This document shows, in pieces, positions 58,902-64,000 of a stretch of 64,000 bases of DNA; position 1 is the stretch's first letter; every line of letters starts with the position of its first letter. The notes below the pieces were generated by a model. It had not been told where the DNA came from, ran no database searches, and saw nothing but the letters and a program-made list of their open reading frames with translations. Source of the DNA: a bacterium (GTDB taxonomy: Bacteria > Patescibacteriota > Minisyncoccia > Phycocordibacterales > DATDWN01); NCBI GenBank assembly GCA_037134875.1, contig JBAXLH010000001.1:106646-170645 (forward strand), given 5' to 3'. Both the position numbers and the translations under genes were made by a program.

Positions 58902-59651
58902 TCACTTTCCCATATTTGACTCGCCGACGAGCACATACGAACCGGCAAAAATAACTGGAGTTCTGTTGCGAGGAAGTACAGAACGTCCTCTTGTATTTTT
59001 TTCATATTCAGCATCTAGAATGCCAAACTGGTCAAGAAATTTATTAAATTTATGAGACACTCTGATGCATCCCTTTGATCCAACTTCACCGAGTCTGATT
59101 TCTCCATACACCGGATCGGTCGAGTGGAGGAGCATACGAATCTGGTATGGTTCTCCTTTTTTTGTTTGGGTCTCCCGCCAGCCAAAATCCCACACACGGC
59201 TCCCTTTGAGTCCAAGTCCTCGCCAACCTTTGGAATTAACTGTACCGAGAGCACGATAACTCATATGCTTTGGTGAGTTTTTGTGAAAGCCGAGAGGTGT
59301 GACAAAATACCCTTTTCGATTTGGATTACCAGTCGACACTTTGTCAGTACCAATGATAAAAATCTGTCTGGAATCCGGCTCGACAAATACCAGTGTCCCC
59401 AGCTGGACAGTAGGATTACGGTCAACAAACAAGACATATTGTGGTGACTCTATGATGTGCGCAGTCTGAATAACTGTCCGAATTATTCCCAAAATCTCCG
59501 CTTCATATGTTGCGGAAATAGTGATTCCACCGACTCTCTCCGCAAACCACTCTTTGAGTCGCTCCGGCTCGCTTAGGGGTGAAATTATCGGAGAAGACAA
59601 TCCTATTGGAACAACAAAAAGAAAAATAACACCAAAAAACCACTGTGTCAT
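58902..59651 (-). CDS. L,D-transpeptidase (YkuD-fold)
   Basis: Catalytic H...GxGCIRV pattern (LLHSTDP...GSKGCIRVS). N-terminal signal peptide. Confidence 0.65.
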   Translation of the reverse strand: MTQWFFGVIFLFVVPIGLSSPIISPLSEPERLKEWFAERVGGITISATYEAEILGIIRTVIQTAHIIESPQYVLFVDRNPTVQLGTLVFVEPDSRQIFIIGTDKVSTGNPNRKGYFVTPLGFHKNSPKHMSYRALGTVNSKGWRGLGLKGSRVWDFGWRETQTKKGEPYQIRMLLHSTDPVYGEIRLGEVGSKGCIRVSHKFNKFLDQFGILDAEYEKNTRGRSVLPRNRTPVIFAGSYVLVGESNMGK

Positions 59652-59678
59652 TTGAGAACCTCTTATTAAAGTCTATAC

Positions 59679-59978
59679 CTACTCAAAAATTTGAGCAATG
59701 ACCTCGTCTGTCTCATCTGCTGATAGTCTAAAATCTTGGCAAGCCATTATTAGTAGAGCTTCCTTTTCTCTATCTGAAATTTTTCGCCCAGTATTTATCA
59801 TTTCCACTTCTTCCTCTGTAAGGTTTATTTTACTTTCTGGGGCAGTACTTCTTTCCATCAAATACTCAACAAATTTTTCTCTTATCTGTGGTAACAATTC
59901 TTCCACTCTTGATTTTGGTGCTTGTTCCATATACATATAATATCTAATTTTTTTCAAATTTAATAGTATCAAATCCAC
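59679..59978 (-). CDS. hypothetical small protein
   Basis: ORF only. Confidence 0.3.
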   Translation of the reverse strand: MDLILLNLKKIRYYMYMEQAPKSRVEELLPQIREKFVEYLMERSTAPESKINLTEEEVEMINTGRKISDREKEALLIMACQDFRLSADETDEVIAQIFE

Positions 59979-60255
59979 CAGAAAGTGCTTGTTTGGCGAC
60001 CTCTGGCTCTCTCGTAAGCCAATCCTGACAAAGAAATGAAGCGAGTGTGTTTATTCCCATTTCTGTGAGTTTTTTGACTGTATACCCTTCTATTTCGATA
60101 TCTTCGATTTCACCTGCCTCTAAAAATTTAAAAATTCTTCTTTTGATCTCAGAATTAGAATTTTCAATATCTTTTATCATCAAATCCATTTTGTAATCAT
60201 TATAGACTCCAGGAAATCTCAATTGTATTAAATTTTTTATTTGTTCTTTTTCCAT
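59944..60255 (-). CDS. hypothetical small protein
   Basis: ORF only. Confidence 0.3.
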   Translation of the reverse strand: MEKEQIKNLIQLRFPGVYNDYKMDLMIKDIENSNSEIKRRIFKFLEAGEIEDIEIEGYTVKKLTEMGINTLASFLCQDWLTREPEVAKQALSGGFDTIKFEKN

Positions 60256-60395
60256 ATCAAAATTTTACCACAGTTTTTGGATTTAATACTACCTAAAAGT
60301 AGAACTTTGATTAACAAGTTCTACTTTTGACACACAACAAGAATGTTTGACACCGGCATATAAATATTATATATTTTTGTGTAGAAGAAAATTCT

Positions 60396-60641
60396 ATGGC
60401 CGACCGAGAAGTTGTTAGAGTGCATTTAATAGACGCTTTTGAATGCCTGCAAACTCGCAGAAATCAAAAAGGCGAGTTCAGCGATCTTGAGCAATTTAAT
60501 AGAAACCAGCACGACAGGCGACGCCTCTTGGGCAGAGTCCTGTACTGTCGGCAAAATGGTTTTTCGGATGAGGAAATTATAGCCATCATCGGCAATGATT
60601 TGCTTGTCGCCTGCGACAATTCAGACGACGAACCAACATAG
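60396..60641 (+). CDS. hypothetical small protein
   Basis: ORF only. Confidence 0.25.
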   Translation: MADREVVRVHLIDAFECLQTRRNQKGEFSDLEQFNRNQHDRRRLLGRVLYCRQNGFSDEEIIAIIGNDLLVACDNSDDEPT

Positions 60642-60701
60642 AAAATCGACTTTATACAACCTCACGTCAAACCACAAAACCGACGTGGGGCTTTTATTTT
60701 G

Positions 60702-60775
60702 CGCGACCGGCCGGACTTGAACCGGTAACCTCCCACGTGACAGGCGGGTGCTCTAACCAGTTGAGCTACGATCGC
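60702..60775 (-). tRNA. tRNA-Asp (anticodon GUC)
   Basis: Acceptor GCGAUCG/CGGUCGC, D-arm GCUC-AACUGGUUA-GAGC, anticodon loop CUGUCAC, T-arm ACCGG-UUCAAGU-CCGGC. No encoded CCA. Confidence 0.8.
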
Positions 60776-60821
60776 ATAATATGAAATCTATCAGATTTCT
60801 TGCTTTTCTGCAAAAACCTTG

Positions 60822-60895
60822 TGTCGGCGCCAAGACTTGCACTTGGGACCTTAACTTTATGAGTGTTATGCTCTAACTACCTGAGCTACGCCGAC
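60822..60895 (-). tRNA. tRNA with CAU anticodon (elongator Met or Ile2/lysidine type)
   Basis: Acceptor GUCGGCG/CGCCGAC, anticodon loop CUCAUAA. Lacks initiator features (no 3 GC pairs in the anticodon stem, 1:72 paired). Confidence 0.7.
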
Positions 60896-61587
60896 AAAAT
60901 TTGATTTTTAAGAGCTTTTATTAGCCCTACCATTTTATACTTTAAATTTTTACTTCTGCGAACAAACAATCTACAGACACCAAAATATGTATCATAATTT
61001 TCATAGACCTTATTTACCTTTGTATTCACAAAATAAGGCTTCCTGATCTGACTACCTTTCAATCCTAACAGTTTTTTCCAAAAAATCAACACCTTCTTGA
61101 TTCTTTGTTCATGTATTCTGTTAATCTGAATACAACAAACAATATCTTCTTGAAGAACATCCATAACATCAACCAAAAAATTATTCATCAATAGTATCAT
61201 TTCTGGATCAGAATTAACAAACATCCATGTACTAGTAGTATCAGTTTTTGATCCCTCACTCCAATACAATGCTGTTGCAATAAGTAGTAATTCACGTTTT
61301 GATATTTTGCTTACAATTTTTTGTCCTTCTTTTTCTGCAAATAGAATTGCATCAAGTTTTTTTTGTTTATTTCGCTCAGCTCCTATCCTTTGACCCGTTG
61401 TAACAGAAACCCCCTTATTCTTTTGTAACCTTTCATTTTGTTCTTTGGTCAAACTAATATCACGACACCATGCGCTAACCGAACTTTTGGTCACATTAAG
61501 ATCGTGAGCAATTTTTAAAATTGAAATTCCCTTTTTTCTCATTTCTCTCGCTTGTATTCGTTCATTATACTTAGACATATATAACAT
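60886..61587 (-). CDS. hypothetical HTH protein
   Basis: N-terminal HTH-like GISILKIAHDLNVTKSSVSAWCR. Otherwise unknown. Confidence 0.4.
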   Translation of the reverse strand: MLYMSKYNERIQAREMRKKGISILKIAHDLNVTKSSVSAWCRDISLTKEQNERLQKNKGVSVTTGQRIGAERNKQKKLDAILFAEKEGQKIVSKISKRELLLIATALYWSEGSKTDTTSTWMFVNSDPEMILLMNNFLVDVMDVLQEDIVCCIQINRIHEQRIKKVLIFWKKLLGLKGSQIRKPYFVNTKVNKVYENYDTYFGVCRLFVRRSKNLKYKMVGLIKALKNQILSA

Positions 61588-61665
61588 TATATCAAAGGTA
61601 CAATAATACTATCAACATCAAATCTGTTGATAGTATTTAATATACCCTAGATTGTTACAACACAT

Positions 61666-63093
61666 CTAGAATGAGTTGAATTTTGTTCGAGTCATTGGTC
61701 CCATTGTGCCGTAGCCGACCTGACCACTCTTTGCAATACCGTATGCCTCCTGAAATCTCTGCACCGCCTTTTCTGTTGCTCGTCCAAAATACCCTGTCAC
61801 GAGACCCTCTGGATAGTATCCATTTTTTGAGAGAAATTCCTGCAGAGCCGAGACACTGTCGCCCCGAGAACCAAACTTCAATAGTGTTGTGATTTTTCTT
61901 CTTGGGGAAATAATCACACTGTCTATCATATTGTATTTTGTTGTACCAGATGTGGAAAGTGTCGAAGTTGAAACACCAGTGAAAATAACCGGCTGACCTT
62001 TTGGATTTACATTTACAACTATTCGTGAGGCATTGATTCCATCAAACCCTCCATCTTGAAGCTGTGAATACAGTGAAAGATTGGCTTGCTTTATCTGGTT
62101 TGATGAGTTTGAAATTGCCACAGTTATTGATCCATTTGGCGCGAGATATGCACTGGACAGTAGAGCACCACACGCAATTGGGGTTGTCGTAGTCGATGTC
62201 ACGATACTCAGTGTCAGCGAATCATCACATGCCATTTTTATATTCACTCCGGTTGCATATTTTGTCGTCCAGATGAGCGTGAAAGAATCATCGGAGGTTA
62301 TCTGTGGTTGTGATGGTACAAAACTCAAAATCTGTCCTGGCAGTGTTCTGTCAGAAGCAATATCGAGCGTGAGAGATTTTGAGTGTGAGAGATCATACGT
62401 ATTATCCGAAATGTATGGCAGAACAGTCAGATTGACCGTGGCCCTATCAATATTTTTATTTTTGAACCACAAGTCAGCACTTCCCGAGCCAGGGAGTTTT
62501 GTATCAAACGCATTTTTTCCACACTGCAATATCGCTCCCGGAGTGAGAGTGCTCGAAGAAGCTGTCACACCGTCCACACAAGAGAGAATCATATTAACTC
62601 CGTCCAAATATTGCGAAGTCCACGTGACAGTAACCGGCACTCCCGAAACCGTACTCGTCGCAGACGCAAACAAATCAGATAGTGGGTATGGTAGTGCAGA
62701 AACTCCGATGGTTATGTCTTTTGAAGGTGAATATTCTGTACCATTACTGTCCTTTGGAAAAAGTTTGAATGTGACATATCTGTATGAACCACTCGTGTTG
62801 ATGAGGATAAACCCAGCGGAGTCGCCGGACTGATTTGTAGTTGGATTTTTTGAGTCGCATGGATAGATCGATCCGTCATCTTTTTGAATTTTGACCCCCG
62901 GAGTACACACAGCGAGCATATTAAATGAGCTGGCGGTTTGTGATGACCACGTCAGAGAAAAAATCTGTCCGGCAGTCACAGAATACGCCGAAGACGTAAA
63001 CACATCAACAGTCGGCGAAGCAAAAACAAATCCGGAAAAACCAAAGAGAGCAACGAGAACTAATAAAGAGAGAACTATTTTTTGTAATCTCAT
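61666..63093 (-). CDS. secreted Thr/Ser-rich beta-repeat protein with C-terminal peptidoglycan-binding domain
   Basis: Signal peptide. Three similar ~100-aa repeats. C-terminal PG_binding_1-like GDSVSALQEFLSKNGYY...GYFGRATEKAVQRFQ. Confidence 0.55.
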   Translation of the reverse strand: MRLQKIVLSLLVLVALFGFSGFVFASPTVDVFTSSAYSVTAGQIFSLTWSSQTASSFNMLAVCTPGVKIQKDDGSIYPCDSKNPTTNQSGDSAGFILINTSGSYRYVTFKLFPKDSNGTEYSPSKDITIGVSALPYPLSDLFASATSTVSGVPVTVTWTSQYLDGVNMILSCVDGVTASSSTLTPGAILQCGKNAFDTKLPGSGSADLWFKNKNIDRATVNLTVLPYISDNTYDLSHSKSLTLDIASDRTLPGQILSFVPSQPQITSDDSFTLIWTTKYATGVNIKMACDDSLTLSIVTSTTTTPIACGALLSSAYLAPNGSITVAISNSSNQIKQANLSLYSQLQDGGFDGINASRIVVNVNPKGQPVIFTGVSTSTLSTSGTTKYNMIDSVIISPRRKITTLLKFGSRGDSVSALQEFLSKNGYYPEGLVTGYFGRATEKAVQRFQEAYGIAKSGQVGYGTMGPMTRTKFNSF

Positions 63094-63103
63094 ATATAAA
63101 AAA

Positions 63104-63871
63104 TTATTTTGTTAATATAATTGGATCTGTATCTGTGATCGCTATTGTGTGCTCAAAATGCGCGGAGTGTGAGCCGTCAGACGTTTTGTATGTGTAGCCA
63201 TCGCGTGCCAAAATGATCCGCGAGCTTCCCTGTGCGATCATAGGCTCGAGGGCCAAAACCATACCAGGTTTGAGTAATTCCCCTCTGCCCTTACTTCCCT
63301 CGTTTGGAACAAAAGGCTCTTCGTGGACCTTGTAGCCTACGCCATGGCCTGCTAGACCCTCTGGTATACCGTAGCCCAAAGGCCGTATAAAGCTCTCTAT
63401 TGCGTGACTGATATCGCCTATATGTCTTCCCCCTTGCGCAGCTTTTATTCCCAAAAAGAGGGCTTCTCTGCAGTGTTCTATCATTTTCCTATCCTCGTCC
63501 GAGATGTCGCCTACACCCACTGTAATAGCACTGTCTGTAATCATTTTCTGATGAATAATACCGAGGTCGAGCGAAACAATGTCGCCATTTTGCAGTATTC
63601 GTGGTTCTTCGTTTGGTATGCCGTGCACAATCTCGTCGTTTATGGAAACATTAAGCGCTGCCGGATATGGTCGCTTGGCTCCGCGAGGTGTGTAATTCAA
63701 AAACGCCGGAGTGTCTCCGCTTTCTTTGATGAGCTCACGTGCGTAGTCCTCGAGGTGTTGCGTCGAAACTCCAACCATCGCCTTTTTTGCAACTTCGGCC
63801 AAAATAAAAGCATGGCGTCGTCCACCCTCTCTCAAAATTTCTATTTCTTCTTGTGTTTTGATTGTAGTCAT
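63104..63871 (-). CDS. map: methionine aminopeptidase, type I
   Basis: Metal-ligand context DEIVHGIP, DIVSLDLG, FEHTIAIT. Confidence 0.9.
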   Translation of the reverse strand: MTTIKTQEEIEILREGGRRHAFILAEVAKKAMVGVSTQHLEDYARELIKESGDTPAFLNYTPRGAKRPYPAALNVSINDEIVHGIPNEEPRILQNGDIVSLDLGIIHQKMITDSAITVGVGDISDEDRKMIEHCREALFLGIKAAQGGRHIGDISHAIESFIRPLGYGIPEGLAGHGVGYKVHEEPFVPNEGSKGRGELLKPGMVLALEPMIAQGSSRIILARDGYTYKTSDGSHSAHFEHTIAITDTDPIILTK

Positions 63872-63873
63872 TT

Positions 63874-64000
63874 AAATTTTTATCTGTCCGATAATATCGG
63901 TGTGAATATCCTCGATTGTTCGCTCGCCATTAATATCAAAAAATTCAACATTTGGATTTGTTCGCAAATAGTCAACCGCCGGAGCCACATCTGTATCAAA
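63874..64000 (-). CDS. adk: adenylate kinase, 3' end only (runs off window)
   Basis: C-terminal fragment ...FDTDVAPAVDYLRTNPNVEFFDINGERTIEDIHTDIIGQIKI. Conserved adk-map order. Confidence 0.45.

Noticed and set aside
123-64000. Numerous short ORFs (60-140 aa) nested inside or antisense to long conserved genes (e.g. within dnaE, gyrB, hsdR, pyrG)
   Set aside because: They overlap well-supported CDSs and have low-complexity or compositionally biased translations. Treated as six-frame noise.
1-64000. CRISPR arrays or alternative genetic code (UGA recoding)
   Set aside because: No short regularly spaced direct repeats were seen. Long ORFs are intact under the standard code and RF2 is present, so code 11 is assumed.

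Overview
This 64-kb window looks like a low-GC, gene-dense bacterial chromosome segment, possibly from a small-genome Patescibacteria/CPR-like organism; the taxonomy is inference only. Housekeeping genes on both flanks read cleanly from motifs (dnaE, thrS, gyrB, pheS, pyrG, ftsEX, prfB, pyrD, rpmA, rplI, ctpA-like, cysS, dnaB, recR, map, and four tRNAs). The centre is clearly accessory. A ~20-kb genomic island (about 20249-40480) sits at the 3' end of a tRNA-Gln(CUG) gene (40475-40548, minus strand). Its far end carries a 15-nt direct repeat of the tRNA 3' end (20249-20263 matching 40477-40491). Most of the island is GC-richer than the host. It carries a complete Type I R-M operon, a Type II R-M cassette flanked by 202-bp inverted repeats, two large serine recombinases, a ParB-domain/DNA-methyltransferase fusion, a Cys-rich zinc-ribbon protein and several unknown ORFs. 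The Type I operon is hsdM-unknown ORF-hsdS-hsdR-YgjP, and its HsdM carries an N-terminal MerR/excisionase-type HTH. The Type II cassette is C-protein/M/R plus a TraB/GumN-like gene. The second recombinase is itself flanked by ~130-bp inverted repeats whose outer end is the tRNA CCA terminus. Outside the island, four things stand out. First, a single-chain PheRS strikingly like mitochondrial PheRS (catalytic core plus C-terminal FDX-ACB domain), with no pheT nearby. Second, two near-identical ~180-nt intergenic elements (2969-3149 and 50622-50801) that differ only by a fully compensatory hairpin swap. Third, a family of three related intergenic hairpin/terminator-like motifs. Fourth, a candidate cis-regulatory RNA with a triplicated 9-nt motif upstream of an island cargo gene. 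All functional calls rest on motif recognition in the translated ORFs and on direct reading of the sequence; no database searches were run.
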